Shown: positions 19,018 through 30,221, counted from the stretch's first letter. The stretch: DNA of 64,000 bases from Thermodesulfobacteriota bacterium (GCA_965202785.1 OZ241855.1:1280001-1344000); one strand, 5' to 3'. Program-made: numbers and translations. Notes: generated by a model not told the origin, from the sequence alone.

Positions 19018-19767
19018 ATGCCGAAACTCCTTGTCTTCCAGCATGTGCCTCACGAGATACTGGGAACGCTTCATCCAATGCTCAGAAGCGCCGGTTTCAG
19101 AATACGCTACGTGAACTTCGGTCGGTCCAATTACAGCATCCCCAAACTCCGTAACTACGACGGTCTCGTGGTTCTCGGAGGTCCGATGAACGTGGACGAG
19201 ACCGACGAGTATCCTTATCTGGTACCGGAGACCGAATCCATAAGGGAGTTTATCGACATGGACGCTCCGGTGCTCGGCATATGTCTCGGTTCGCAGCTGA
19301 TTGCCAAGGCCCTCGGAGCGCGGATTCATAAGAATCCGGAGAAGGAAATCGGCTGGTATGACGTTTCCACTACCGAAGAGGGGAAGAAGGATCGTCTTGT
19401 AGGCGCATTCGGCGCGGTTGAAAAGGTCTTTCAGTGGCACGGGGATACTTTCGAGATTCCACCGGGCGCCGTGCATCTGGCCACTTCCCCTGCGTGTGCG
19501 AACCAGGCGTTTAGATACGGAGACAAAGTATACGGGTTCCAGTTCCACCTTGAAGTGGACGCGCCCATGATAGAGCGCTGGCTCGTTGCTCCGGTGAACA
19601 AAAAGGAAATCGAAGAACTCGGCGGCAAGATAAGTCCCGATGTTATAAGGTCCGATACGCCGAAATACATAGATACCCTTTCCGATCTCAGCAGGCGGAC
19701 TTTCGGCGGTTTTATCAATCTGCTCGGGGGCACCTCGGAGAAAAAGGCGCATATGCCTTCTGTATGA
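19018..19767 (+). CDS. Class I glutamine amidotransferase
   Basis: VLGGPM, LGICLGSQL, QWHGDTF, QFHLE. Confidence 0.9.
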   Translation: MPKLLVFQHVPHEILGTLHPMLRSAGFRIRYVNFGRSNYSIPKLRNYDGLVVLGGPMNVDETDEYPYLVPETESIREFIDMDAPVLGICLGSQLIAKALGARIHKNPEKEIGWYDVSTTEEGKKDRLVGAFGAVEKVFQWHGDTFEIPPGAVHLATSPACANQAFRYGDKVYGFQFHLEVDAPMIERWLVAPVNKKEIEELGGKISPDVIRSDTPKYIDTLSDLSRRTFGGFINLLGGTSEKKAHMPSV

Positions 19768-19898
19768 AGTTTTGGCACCTGCGGACTGTTCGGTGGTTTT
19801 CTCATTGATCGCTGTTGAAAAAAAACCGGACGTGTGTATAATCCGTGCGTCTTTCAGTTAGTAAAAATCTTCTTTTAATCCACTCGACGAGGTAAATA

Positions 19899-20357
19899 AT
19901 GAGCAATTGGGAATGTAAAAATCACGGTCATCCGGACATAAAGCCCTCTTCTTCCAAAAGAGCCATATTCATCGGCAGGTATCAGCCCTACCACGCCGGA
20001 CATATAAGCCTTGTCAGGCAGAAACTCGACAATGGAGTTCCGTGCCTGATAATGGTAAGGGATATTCCTCCCGACCCGAAAAACCCCTTCACCACGGAAC
20101 AGACTGTCGGAATGATAAGAAAATATCACGAGAGCAAGGGCGATGACGTGGTCGTGATGGTGATTCCGGACATTGAATCGGTAAACTGGGGCAGGGGAGT
20201 CGGTTACGAGATGAACGAGTTTTTCCCGCCTGAGAACATAGGGTTCATATCGGCTACCAAGATACGCGAGTCGATAGCAAGCGGCAATGAGGAGTGGAGG
20301 GAACTCGTGGACGAGTCCATTCAGGATGACGTGGTAAGTTACCTGAGTGGCGACTGA
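19899..20357 (+). CDS. Cytidylyltransferase-like (HxGH) nucleotidyltransferase
   Basis: FIGRYQPYHAGH and ISATKIR. Confidence 0.8.
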   Translation: MSNWECKNHGHPDIKPSSSKRAIFIGRYQPYHAGHISLVRQKLDNGVPCLIMVRDIPPDPKNPFTTEQTVGMIRKYHESKGDDVVVMVIPDIESVNWGRGVGYEMNEFFPPENIGFISATKIRESIASGNEEWRELVDESIQDDVVSYLSGD

Positions 20358-20430
20358 TTGCGGTTCCTGAAGTTAAAAAGACGACGTTGCCGACCACTTC
20401 GCACAAAAACCGTGCGGACATATCCGAGGG

Positions 20431-21267
20431 GTGGAGCGAGGAAATCGCATGTCGCAAAGAGCGCATCAAGGTGAAATTGCCGGAACGCGCTGGACTCCCG
20501 GTCAGTACCTGAAGTTCTCCCAGGAGCGCCTGCGCCCGGCCATTGAGTTGCTGGATCGTATCCCCCTTGAGGCACCGGATGTGATCTATGATCTGGGTTG
20601 CGGTTCAGGCCACATAACCCGTCTTCTGACAAAGCGCTGGTCCTCATCCAAGGTCTACGGTATCGATAACTCACCGCAGATGCTGGCCGAGGCGGCTGCG
20701 GAGCCGTCGACCATACACTGGGCGGATGCCGATATCCGCAGATGGGTGCCGGAGGAAAACCCGGACCTTATTTATTCCAATGCGTCTTTGCACTGGGTTG
20801 ATGGCCACTCTGAACTGTTTACGCGCCTAGTGAACTACCTTAACCCGGGAGGTTGCCTTGCGGTCCAGATGCCACTTAGCTGGGATCTTCCGTCTCACCG
20901 CCTGATGCGGGATACGTTGGCAAATGGCGGTCCCGACGGGAAACCCGTCGGCGAGGCCTCACTCCTTGTCGCCTTGTCAAACAAGTGGGTTGAGGATTCA
21001 GAGTTCTACTACGATATCCTTTCTCCCTGTACGCGACGCCTTGATATCTGGGAAACGCGGTATCTCCATGCGTTTGAAGGCGATGATCCTGTTTTTGAAT
21101 GGGTTATGGGCAGTGGTCTGCGCCCGATTCTAAACGGTCTGCGCGATACTGAGAGGAACCGGTTTTTAAGGGTATACAAGCAACGGCTTCAGGATGCTTA
21201 TCCCAGGGATTCGGGGGACCGTACGCTGTATCCCTTCCCTCGCCTGTTCATCATTGCGCTGGTCTGA
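20431..21267 (+). CDS. tam: Trans-aconitate 2-methyltransferase
   Basis: W.PGQYLKF.ERLRPA.ELL, DLGCGSG, SNASLHW, LAVQMP, GLRP, YPFPRLF. Confidence 0.88.
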   Translation: MERGNRMSQRAHQGEIAGTRWTPGQYLKFSQERLRPAIELLDRIPLEAPDVIYDLGCGSGHITRLLTKRWSSSKVYGIDNSPQMLAEAAAEPSTIHWADADIRRWVPEENPDLIYSNASLHWVDGHSELFTRLVNYLNPGGCLAVQMPLSWDLPSHRLMRDTLANGGPDGKPVGEASLLVALSNKWVEDSEFYYDILSPCTRRLDIWETRYLHAFEGDDPVFEWVMGSGLRPILNGLRDTERNRFLRVYKQRLQDAYPRDSGDRTLYPFPRLFIIALV

Positions 21268-21358
21268 GGGCAGGGTGGGCCTGGATCTTCTATAGTTAAT
21301 ACCAAATCAAAAACATTTCATGCAATAAAATGTTACACCTCTTGCAACAAAACATTCC

Positions 21359-21595
21359 TTGGATCAAGACAACCAAGGTATAAAACAGATTAGCAATTTA
21401 GGGATTATAGAGCTTAAAGTATATAAAGTTAGAAAGTTCGCATCTAAATCTTTAAAAGGAAAAGGAGTTCAATCAGGATTCAGAGTTATTTATGCTTATT
21501 TTGAAGATAAAAACAAAATTGAACTTATAGAAATCTACTATAAAAGTGATAAAGAGCTGGAGAATAGAAATCGTATTAAAGAACTTTATCTATAG
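21359..21595 (+). pseudogene. AT-rich RelE-like toxin fragment
   Basis: VYKVRKF..KSLKGKG..SGFRVIYAY...IELIEIYYKSDK; N-terminus appears missing and no antitoxin is adjacent. Confidence 0.6.
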
Positions 21596-21720
21596 CTTGA
21601 GAGATACTTTGATCATAAGGGAAAGCGACCAAACCATCTTTGTCATCTGATCAAATCGTTTTTGCAACCACATCTTCCCTCAGTCGGTTATGACAGAAAC
21701 GGAGGGATTCTGAAACCTTC

Positions 21721-22002
21721 TTACTGTGATTCGGTTTCCGCGGTCTCTTCCTTGGCGGACTTTTTCTGGTACTTGCGACGGAATTTTTCGACTCTGCCTT
21801 CTTTTTTAAAGTGCTTTTCCTTTCCGGTAAAGAAAGGGTGAGAGTCGCTTGAGATCTCCACGCTTATAAGCGGGTACTCGTTTCCGTCTTCCCATTTGGT
21901 GGTTTCCTCCGATGTTCTGGTCGAGCGGGTAAGGAACATATGCCCGGTGAACGAATCCTTGAAAACCACGTAGTTGTAATCTGGGTGAATGTCTTTTTTC
22001 AT
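21721..22002 (-). CDS. rpmE2: 50S ribosomal protein L31 type B
   Basis: [30 protein letters not shown]; no Cys. Confidence 0.95.
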   Translation of the reverse strand: MKKDIHPDYNYVVFKDSFTGHMFLTRSTRTSEETTKWEDGNEYPLISVEISSDSHPFFTGKEKHFKKEGRVEKFRRKYQKKSAKEETAETESQ

Positions 22003-22086
22003 CTTGTCTGTCCAGTTGTTTTTTGAGAAAGGGAATTTTATACGACTATAAAATTTTGTAAAGCGCTCGGTGGATCGGGTTTTTCC

Positions 22087-23127
22087 TCACCTCTGGGTTC
22101 CGCTAAGAATTTCGGCGGCTTTTTTCGCAAAATAGGTGATTACCATGTCGGCCCCGGCCCTTTTTACGCTTAGCAGGCTCTCAAGGATGATTTTTTCCTC
22201 ATCAAGCCACCCCGATTGCGTGGCTGCCTTTATCATGAGGTACTCTCCGCTTACCTGGTAAGCAGCAAGAGGAAGATCGGTGTTTTCCCTAAACAGCGAT
22301 ACGAGGTCAAGGTAGTACCCCGCGGGCTTTACCATTACTATGTCCGCGCCTTCTTCTTCGTCCAGAATGAGTTCTCTCAGGGCCTCCGTTGAGTTTGCAG
22401 GATCCATCTGGTAAGTCATCTTGTCCCCGCCTCTGGGAGCTGAATCAAGCGCTCCGCGAAACGGTCCGTAAAAAGAGGAGGCGTACTTTGCCGTGTACGA
22501 CATTATAGAAACGTTCGTGTAACCCTCTTCATCAAGAATCTCCCTGATCGCTCCGACCCGCCCGTCCATCATGTCGCTTGGGGCTACTATGTCGACTCTT
22601 GCGGCGGCGTGGCAAAGTGCCTGCTTGCAGAGTACCTCGACTGTTATGTCGTTAAGTATCTCTCCTGATGGGGACACTACCCCGTCGTGCCCATCGCTTG
22701 AGTATGGATCAAGCGCGATATCCGTTATGACGGTGACTTCTGGAACCTCTTTTTTAATGGCGGCTATGGCTCTTGGCACAAGCCCCCTCGGATTGTAGCA
22801 CTCCTCGGCGAAGGGGGATTTGAGCCCGTCTTCAATTGCCGGGAAAATCATTACCGCCCTGACCCCCAGACCGTGGGACTGTCTCACTTCCTCCACCAGA
22901 CCCGAAACGCTCCACCTTTTGCACCCGGGCATCGATTCTATTTCCTCATCACCGTCTTTATCGTGGATAAAAAGCGGGTAGATGAGATCTCCGGGCAGAA
23001 GACAGGTTTCCCGCACGAGGTTTCTTATGGAAGAGGATTTTCGGTTTCTTCTCGGTCTTGCGGGCAGATCAAGAGACGGGATATCTCTCTCCGGTGTTTT
23101 TGTCTTAGATTTTCTTCTGGTGCTCAT
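22087..23127 (-). CDS. hemB: Porphobilinogen synthase
   Basis: DIALDPYSSDGHDG, APSDMMDGR, YQMDPAN, MVKPA, AYQVSGEY. Confidence 0.97.
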   Translation of the reverse strand: MSTRRKSKTKTPERDIPSLDLPARPRRNRKSSSIRNLVRETCLLPGDLIYPLFIHDKDGDEEIESMPGCKRWSVSGLVEEVRQSHGLGVRAVMIFPAIEDGLKSPFAEECYNPRGLVPRAIAAIKKEVPEVTVITDIALDPYSSDGHDGVVSPSGEILNDITVEVLCKQALCHAAARVDIVAPSDMMDGRVGAIREILDEEGYTNVSIMSYTAKYASSFYGPFRGALDSAPRGGDKMTYQMDPANSTEALRELILDEEEGADIVMVKPAGYYLDLVSLFRENTDLPLAAYQVSGEYLMIKAATQSGWLDEEKIILESLLSVKRAGADMVITYFAKKAAEILSGTQR

Positions 23128-23367
23128 GACTTTTGCGATCTTGGTTTTATAAGCATGGGAGGAAAGGCTCTTTTACCCAGCGCAAAACCCCCGGAAAATA
23201 ATAAAAGGCCCGGGAGAATAGTCAACAAAAGGTAAATATTGCCGGTTAGTTCTTGGAGGACGGGAACGGCGAAGGGTTCCCCTCTCAGGTTTTTTCCGGC
23301 TTCCCGGGGCTTTTAAATACGCCGCCCGGGGTCTATAATGATTTGCAAAAACACTGAGGAGGAATCC

Positions 23368-24186
23368 ATGAACAGTAACAAGACCCAAGATGCTTCCACT
23401 TCCACCTACACCATGGGATACAGCGACGATTTTCAGAAACTGCTCAGGCGCCGCAACGCAGGGAGCAGCGCCGCGCACCTGCTCCCGTACCTTGAGCCGG
23501 GCATGCGCGTTCTGGATTTCGGTTGCGGTCCCGGAACGATTTCGGTGGGACTGGCAAAAGCGGTTGAACCCGGAGAGCTTTTCGGTGTCGATATGGAGGC
23601 CTCGCAGATCGAGATCGCAGGGGCTGCCGCAGAGGCTGGCGGACACCGAAACGCGGTATTCCAGACTGCTGACGTGACAGATCTGCCCTTTGAGAATGAC
23701 TCGTTTGATGTTGCACACTGCCACGCCGTGCTCATGCACGCCCCGGACACTGTGACCGTTCTGGCGGAGGTGCGTAGGGTTCTAAAGCCCGGCGGCATCA
23801 TCTCAAGCCGGGAGATGTTTGTTGACTCTTCGTTTCTGGAGCCTTCGATGAGAGACGGATGGGAAACGTTCGCGAAGCTTATCGAGGCTAATGGAGGCCA
23901 TCCTCAGATCGGCAGGGAGCTCAAGCGGCTGTTTATCGAGACCGGCTTCTCGGATATAAGTGCGAGTGTTTCGTTCGAACCTTTCTCGACGGATCAAGAC
24001 ATTAATTTTCTTCACGGCTTCATTACTGGCTGGTTTTTCTCTCCGGCTACCGTTGAAGCGGCCACGAAATACGGAATTGCTACTCGGGAACAGTTCGATG
24101 ACTGGCGACGGATGCTTGATCAGTGGAAGGACACCCCCGGAGCGGTGGCGGCTTTTGCTTGGGGAGAGGCGATAGGGCGCAAATAA
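23368..24186 (+). CDS. Class I SAM-dependent methyltransferase
   Basis: VLDFGCGPG, LPFENDSFD, RVLKPGG; GAGGAG RBS before ATG 23368. Confidence 0.88.
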   Translation: MNSNKTQDASTSTYTMGYSDDFQKLLRRRNAGSSAAHLLPYLEPGMRVLDFGCGPGTISVGLAKAVEPGELFGVDMEASQIEIAGAAAEAGGHRNAVFQTADVTDLPFENDSFDVAHCHAVLMHAPDTVTVLAEVRRVLKPGGIISSREMFVDSSFLEPSMRDGWETFAKLIEANGGHPQIGRELKRLFIETGFSDISASVSFEPFSTDQDINFLHGFITGWFFSPATVEAATKYGIATREQFDDWRRMLDQWKDTPGAVAAFAWGEAIGRK

Positions 24187-24387
24187 GATTGTCTTTGAGT
24201 TTTTGTCAAGACCTGACCCTATATCTTTCTTCCCAACTCTCCGAGGCAAGCTCGCCGTCTGGGATATTTGCCGTATAAAAAAACGGTTCTAGGGTCGCGT
24301 ACACTTGTCAAGGGAGCAATCAGTCTTATTTTTACTAAGTGAAAAAGGTTTTTCCAAGTGGAATTTGCCACTTAACGGAGGTTTCAG

Positions 24388-26238
24388 ATGACCAAGGAGA
24401 AAACTGAGAGGCACGAGTTCCAGGCCGAAGTGCGAAGGCTGATGGATATCGTGATCAATTCCCTCTATACCGACAAGGAGATATTCATCAGGGAGCTGGT
24501 TTCAAACGCTTCTGACGCGCTTGAGAAACTGAGGTACATACAGCTTACCGAAAAAGAGATATACGACGAGGCTCTCCCGCTTGAAATCGAAATATCCACC
24601 TCAAGCGAAGACAATACGATCACTTTTACCGACTACGGCATCGGAATGAGCAGAAAGGATCTCGTTGACAACCTGGGAACTATAGCCCGCTCGGGCTCAA
24701 GGAGCTTTCTCGATGCGATAGAGAAAAGCGGGACCGAAGGCGGAGACCTGATTGGGCAGTTCGGGGTGGGCTTTTACAGCTCCTTTATGGTTGCCGACTC
24801 GGTTGAGGTGGTGACCCGCGGCTACAGGAGGAATTCAGAGCATCTCGTCTGGCGAAGCAGCGGGGACGGAGTGTTCGAGATGACAAAGGGAAAGGGGCAC
24901 AGAAGGGGAACGAAGGTCGTCGTGTCTCTGAGGGAGGATGCAAAGGAGTACTCAGACCCGGACGTGATAAGGGACATCCTTAGAAAATACTCCGCGTTTG
25001 TTCCCTTTCCCCTTAAGCTAAACGGTGAGCAGATAAACACCACTGAAGCCGTGTGGCTTCGCAACAAGAGCGAGATTACGGATCAGGAGTACGGCGGCTT
25101 CTACAGGTTCCAGACAAACTCCTTTGACGAACCAAGATACAGGCTTCATTTCTCCTCGGAAGCCCCGATTGACATGAACGTGCTTCTGTTCGTGCCGGAG
25201 GACAACATGGAGCGCCTGGGATTCGGGAGAATGGACCCCGGAGTGAGCCTTTACTCAAGGCGGGTTCTTATAGACGCCTCTCCCAAGAATCTTCTTCCCG
25301 AATGGGCGAGGTTCCTTAAGGGCGTGGTGGACAGCGCCGACATCCCCCTTAACATCTCAAGAGAGACCATGCAGGACAGCTCCCTTGTGAGGAAGCTTAA
25401 TTCCGCCATCACTAAAAGGTTCATAAGATTCCTTGAGCAGAGCTCGGCTGACGACCCGAAGAGTTACGGCGATTTCTACGGCAAGTTCGGTTTTTTCATA
25501 AAAGAGGGAGTGGCCTCGGATTTTGAGCACAAAGAGCAGCTTCGGGGGCTGCTACGCTTTGAGTCCTCCCGCAAGGGGGAAGGGGAACTGGTTTCCTTTG
25601 AGGATTACCTCTCGGGGATGCGCGAAGGCCAGGAGGAGATCTATTACCTGTTCGGTTCCTCAAGAGACACGCTTGAGAACGGACCCCACATGGAGTTTTT
25701 CCGCTCGGAGGATATCGAGGTTCTTTTCATATACGAACCGATTGACGAATTCGTTATGTCGACTCTCGGGGAGTATGAGGAAAAAAAGATTGTTTCCGCC
25801 GACAGCGTTGACGTAGGAGTTGCGGACAAGGATGCGGAGAGTTCTTCTGAGGGTCCCTCCGAGGAGGAAAAATCGCTCTGCGGCTGGATGAAGGGAGTGC
25901 TTGGCGAGAGGGTGGGGGATGTGCGCATGAGCCGGAGGCTCGTTGAGAGTCCCGCCGCCGCGTTTAACTCCGATTCCACCATGACCCAGGGAATGAAGAG
26001 GATCATGAGGAACATAAGCGCGGGCGCCGACATGCGTTCTGTTGTCCGCCTTGAGATAAACGGCGACCATGCGCTTATAAAAAATCTTGCTTCCATGAGA
26101 GAAAAAGACACAGAATTCGCCGCGATCATAGTGGAGCAGCTCTTTGATAACGCGCTTTTGGCCGCCGGGTACATGGAGAATCCCGGAAGCATGGTCGGAA
26201 GAATAAACAAGCTGCTTGAGCGGCTTAGTTCCGGGTGA
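24388..26238 (+). CDS. htpG: Molecular chaperone HtpG (Hsp90)
   Basis: FIRELVSNASDA, NLGTIARSG, IGQFGVGFYS, PLNISRE. Confidence 0.97.
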   Translation: MTKEKTERHEFQAEVRRLMDIVINSLYTDKEIFIRELVSNASDALEKLRYIQLTEKEIYDEALPLEIEISTSSEDNTITFTDYGIGMSRKDLVDNLGTIARSGSRSFLDAIEKSGTEGGDLIGQFGVGFYSSFMVADSVEVVTRGYRRNSEHLVWRSSGDGVFEMTKGKGHRRGTKVVVSLREDAKEYSDPDVIRDILRKYSAFVPFPLKLNGEQINTTEAVWLRNKSEITDQEYGGFYRFQTNSFDEPRYRLHFSSEAPIDMNVLLFVPEDNMERLGFGRMDPGVSLYSRRVLIDASPKNLLPEWARFLKGVVDSADIPLNISRETMQDSSLVRKLNSAITKRFIRFLEQSSADDPKSYGDFYGKFGFFIKEGVASDFEHKEQLRGLLRFESSRKGEGELVSFEDYLSGMREGQEEIYYLFGSSRDTLENGPHMEFFRSEDIEVLFIYEPIDEFVMSTLGEYEEKKIVSADSVDVGVADKDAESSSEGPSEEEKSLCGWMKGVLGERVGDVRMSRRLVESPAAAFNSDSTMTQGMKRIMRNISAGADMRSVVRLEINGDHALIKNLASMREKDTEFAAIIVEQLFDNALLAAGYMENPGSMVGRINKLLERLSSG

Positions 26239-26247
26239 TGCCCGCAG

Positions 26248-26847
26248 ATGAACTACCTTGCCCATATCCGCCTTGCCGGGGATGACCCGGAGTGCCTGAT
26301 AGGAAATTTCCTGGGCGATTTCGTGAAGGGCCGCCTCACCGAGGACCGCTATCCCCCGGGCATAAGACGCGGGATAATGATGCACCGCAGGATTGACGCC
26401 TGGACGGATTCTCATGAGATAACGAGGGAGTGCGCCCGGCTTATAAGTCCCGAGCGCAGGCGCTGGAGCAGGGTTATTCTTGACATCTTCTATGACCACC
26501 TGCTTACCGTTAACTGGGAGAGGTATTCAGATGAGAGCCTGAGGGACTTTCTTGACAGGTCGTACGGTATAATCCTCGGGGCGGCGGATATCTTCCCCGA
26601 GCACGCGGCGGCCAGGATAAACACCATCATCAAGGACGGCTGGATAGAGAAGTACCGGAGCATTTCGGGTCTCAGCATCGTATTTCAGGGGATGTCGATA
26701 AGGGTAAGGAGAGAAAATCCCCTTTCCGGGTCCGAGCAAGAGCTCGTGGCGCACTACGACGAGATGAACGAGCATTTCAACCGGTTTTTCCCGGAAATTC
26801 TTGAATACGCGAAACATCTTGAAAAAGCGGACGAGATTCAGGCCTGA
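26248..26847 (+). CDS. acpH: ACP phosphodiesterase
   Basis: MNYLAH, GNFLGDFVKG, HRRIDAWTD, DIFYDH. Confidence 0.9.
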   Translation: MNYLAHIRLAGDDPECLIGNFLGDFVKGRLTEDRYPPGIRRGIMMHRRIDAWTDSHEITRECARLISPERRRWSRVILDIFYDHLLTVNWERYSDESLRDFLDRSYGIILGAADIFPEHAAARINTIIKDGWIEKYRSISGLSIVFQGMSIRVRRENPLSGSEQELVAHYDEMNEHFNRFFPEILEYAKHLEKADEIQA

Positions 26848-26901
26848 TTGATCCCGCACTTTTTCGCCGGACCCCGCGTCCGTCGAAAGTTACCCGGGAA
26901 C

Positions 26902-27771
26902 TCAGATGCCGAGCCCGAATCCGGTAGCGAAGGTGTAACCGACGTAGGCCCCCCATTCGCTGATTTCAAAATCGTAATCAACCCTTGCCGTCGAGGTGGT
27001 CAGCCCGTCTCCCGAGCTTGAATCGAATTTATACCTGGAGTAGATAACCCTCAGATCAAGACGATTCTGTTCGCTTCCGAATTCTACTCCGGCTCCCACG
27101 AGCCAGGGCCACGCGCTGAGTTCCTTGCGGTCCACGCCCGCAATCCGCTGGGTAGTGCCGTCGGGAAGAACGACCATGCCGTCATAACCGCCGTCAAACG
27201 AGAAGTCCGCCCACTTAACGCCTCCGACCAGGTAAATCGAACCGCCGCTTCCCAAGATGTCTTCCTGGGGCGAGAACCCCAGCTTCGCGTTAAATCCCGC
27301 GCTGTAGTTCTTCTCCAGGTCCCAGTCTCCGGGAAACACGTCGGGAGCGTCCGGCGAAGAAGTGTCATCAACTCCTTTGAGCCTGCCGTCTACTTTTTTG
27401 TTCAGGTTAAAGGCGAAGTCGAGTTCGCCTGAAAAATAGGTTTGGCCGGGGAGGTTCCATCGATGTCCCAAGATGGCCTTGATGGAGCCGATTCCGCCTT
27501 TGCCGTTATCGCTTTCGTAGGTCGACATGAGTTCCATGTCGGGAAAATTGTGAATTACCGCTTTCCTGTAATCCACGTCGGCGTATTCTCCTCCGACCGC
27601 CGCTCCGATGTAAAAACCGCCCATGCCCTCGGCATTTGCGGTCTGGGGTTGCGACGCGAAGCAAAAGGTTGCTAGGATTAAAGCCGCGGCAAGCTGCCGC
27701 AACCGGGCTCTCAACTGATTAAAATACCGTGGCGTGGCATGTACGGATGACCAAAAAGCTTCCTTTACCAT
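26902..27771 (-). CDS. Outer-membrane beta-barrel protein
   Basis: Signal peptide, GFYIGA start, alternating beta strands, terminal YVGYTF. Confidence 0.65.
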   Translation of the reverse strand: MVKEAFWSSVHATPRYFNQLRARLRQLAAALILATFCFASQPQTANAEGMGGFYIGAAVGGEYADVDYRKAVIHNFPDMELMSTYESDNGKGGIGSIKAILGHRWNLPGQTYFSGELDFAFNLNKKVDGRLKGVDDTSSPDAPDVFPGDWDLEKNYSAGFNAKLGFSPQEDILGSGGSIYLVGGVKWADFSFDGGYDGMVVLPDGTTQRIAGVDRKELSAWPWLVGAGVEFGSEQNRLDLRVIYSRYKFDSSSGDGLTTSTARVDYDFEISEWGAYVGYTFATGFGLGI

Positions 27772-27905
27772 TTCGTTTTTAACCCCCTTGCTTGTTTCGC
27801 CATTGTCGTTACTATTCGATTTTGATGGTATTATTCTATCTCAAATAACCCCTGAAGTTCTAGAGATTCCTATAACTAAACGCCCGATATAAACTGAGGC
27901 AAGAA

Positions 27906-28574
27906 ATGATCGATCTATACACTGCGGCCACGCCGAACGGCAAGAAGGTTTCAATAATGCTTGAAGAACTGGGAGCCGCCTACGAGGTTCACGCTCTTAA
28001 CCTCTCTGAGCTTGAACACAAGGAGCCGTGGTTTCTCGAGATAAACCCGAACGGGAAAATCCCCGCGATAGTTGATAATGATGACGGCACGGCGGTTTTT
28101 GAGTCAGGAGCCATACTCATATATCTTGCCGACAAGTTCGGAAGGTTTCTTGCGCCGGTCGGAGACAGTCGCAGAACGACGTGTATCCAGTGGCTCATGT
28201 TCCAGATGTCGGCTGTAGGGCCCATGCAGGGACAGCTGAACGTCTTTTTAAAGTACGCCCCGGAAAAAATACCCTATGCGATAAAGAGATACACCGAGGA
28301 GACTAAGAGGCTCTACTCGATACTCGACGAAAGACTCTCTGAGATGGAGTATCTTGCAGAAGAGTATTCGATCGCCGACATAGCCACGTGGCCCTGGATA
28401 AACGCTTACGATTGGGCGGAACTGGATCTCGGGGCTTTTCCGAATCTTACCAGGTGGCATGCCGAAGTCGGCAAAAGGCCCGCGGTAATAAGAGGAAGCG
28501 GGATTCCCCCAAGCCCGAAGGAAGAGGAAACGGAAGAAGAGAGGATAAAGAGAATTCAGAAACTGCTTTCCTAG
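27906..28574 (+). CDS. Glutathione S-transferase (YfcG/Nu-like)
   Basis: [34 protein letters not shown]. Confidence 0.92.
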   Translation: MIDLYTAATPNGKKVSIMLEELGAAYEVHALNLSELEHKEPWFLEINPNGKIPAIVDNDDGTAVFESGAILIYLADKFGRFLAPVGDSRRTTCIQWLMFQMSAVGPMQGQLNVFLKYAPEKIPYAIKRYTEETKRLYSILDERLSEMEYLAEEYSIADIATWPWINAYDWAELDLGAFPNLTRWHAEVGKRPAVIRGSGIPPSPKEEETEEERIKRIQKLLS

Positions 28575-28672
28575 TCCTCCTGTGTCCGAGACGGGGGAGG
28601 TGGAAAAATCCTCTATCCGCTTTTTCCTTAAAAAAACAAAAAGGCTTTTTACAGCATTTGGGTTTGTTCTTA

Positions 28673-30133
28673 ATGTCCGAGGATAAGAAAAAAGACCGGA
28701 TCGTACTTGTGACGGGAGCAAGCGGTTACGTCGGCGGGCGGCTGGTTCCGGTCTTGGAGGGAAGGGGGGAGCGGGTACGTTGCCTTGCCCGCAACCCCGT
28801 ATATCTCGCCGGTCGTTTCTCTCCCGATACCCGGATTATCGCCGGCGATGTACTTGACCCCGATTCTCTTGAAACCGCGCTTGAGGGGGTGGACACGGCT
28901 TACTACATGGTCCATTCCATGGGTTCCGGGGACAATTTCGAGGAGCAGGACCGTATCGGGGCGCGTAATTTCGCCCGGGTTGCACGCCAACACGGGGTGC
29001 GCCGAATCATTTATCTGGGAGGCTTGGTCGGAGACGGCGAGCTTTCCTCTCATCTGGCAAGCCGCAGGGAAGTAGGGGATATTCTGGCCTCAGAAGGTCC
29101 CCTTACCTTGGAATTCCGCGCTTCGATCATAATCGGCTCGGGATCGCTTTCTTTTGAGCTGCTGCGAAGCCTGGTTGACAGGCTGCCGCTTATGGTCACC
29201 CCGAGCTGGGTGAGAACGTTAACCCAGCCCATCGCCATCGAAGATGTAATAGCCTATCTCATTTGCGGTCTGGATCTGGAACTGCAGGACAGCGCGGTTT
29301 TCGAAATCGCCGGTCCCGATCAGGTCACCTACGGCGAGCTGATGCAGGAGTACGCCCGCCAGATCGGCGTGCGGCGCTTCATGATTCCGGTGCCCGTCCT
29401 GAGCCCCAATCTCTCGAGTCTCTGGCTGGGGCTTGTGACTCCCCTTTACGCCCGGGTGGGCAGGAAACTCGTTGACGGTTTACGCAACGAGACCATTGTC
29501 CGCGATAAAGCGGCCCTCAAGCGTTTCCCGGTACATCCTCTGGGAGTGCCCGAAGCGATAGACCGGGCCCTTAAGCAGGAAGATATGGAGATTGCCCAGA
29601 CCCGCTGGAGCGACGCCGTGTCTTCAAGCGGCAACCGGCCGTCTCGGGACAGAGGGCGTTTCGGTTCACGGCTTATTAACCGCCGGCAGACCGTCGTTGA
29701 CGTGGAACCCGCCCGGGCCTTTGCGCCCATACGGCGCATCGGCGGAGACCAGGGCTGGTATTTTGCCACCTGGATATGGTATCTGCGCGGCCTGGCTGAT
29801 CTGCTAGTGGGCGGAGTAGGGATGCGGAGGGGCAGGCGGCACCCGACCGAATTGCGCCAGGGCGACCCCCTGGATTTCTGGCGCGTTGAGGGGTACGAGG
29901 AGAATCGACTGCTGAGCCTGAGAGCAGAGATGAGGTTGCCTGGTCAGGCGTGGCTTCAGTTTGAAGTCGAATCCGCTGAAAGGGGCAGTCGGATAACGCA
30001 GACGGCCGTTTTCCAGCCCCTAGGTCTCGGCGGCCTGCTTTACTGGTATGGTCTTTACCCGATCCACTGGATTATTTTCAGGAGGATGCTTAAAGAAATT
30101 GCGAGACGCGCGGCCAGATTTGCCAACTCATAG
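28673..30133 (+). CDS. Atypical SDR oxidoreductase with C-terminal DUF2867-like domain
   Basis: LVTGASGYVG, YYMVHSM, IGGDQGWY, LDFWRV, AEMRLPG.AWL; the likely start is ATG 28673. Confidence 0.85.
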   Translation: MSEDKKKDRIVLVTGASGYVGGRLVPVLEGRGERVRCLARNPVYLAGRFSPDTRIIAGDVLDPDSLETALEGVDTAYYMVHSMGSGDNFEEQDRIGARNFARVARQHGVRRIIYLGGLVGDGELSSHLASRREVGDILASEGPLTLEFRASIIIGSGSLSFELLRSLVDRLPLMVTPSWVRTLTQPIAIEDVIAYLICGLDLELQDSAVFEIAGPDQVTYGELMQEYARQIGVRRFMIPVPVLSPNLSSLWLGLVTPLYARVGRKLVDGLRNETIVRDKAALKRFPVHPLGVPEAIDRALKQEDMEIAQTRWSDAVSSSGNRPSRDRGRFGSRLINRRQTVVDVEPARAFAPIRRIGGDQGWYFATWIWYLRGLADLLVGGVGMRRGRRHPTELRQGDPLDFWRVEGYEENRLLSLRAEMRLPGQAWLQFEVESAERGSRITQTAVFQPLGLGGLLYWYGLYPIHWIIFRRMLKEIARRAARFANS

Positions 30134-30221
30134 TCGGGTGCAATCTAAGAAAATTCCATGTTCATTGGTTTAGCTATATTGCTTCTTGCCGTACTTTTTT
30201 CGGTTGTCCGAGGCGATACCT

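Noticed and set aside
23368-24186. Third sterol methyltransferase
   Set aside because: No YEYGWG-type or IEA..HAP motifs; it is a generic class I methyltransferase.
28673-30133. Sterol C-4 decarboxylase (SdmB/ERG26) partner of the adjacent Rieske gene
   Set aside because: The architecture matches the widespread SDR-DUF2867 type, and the Rieske gene has its own promoter.
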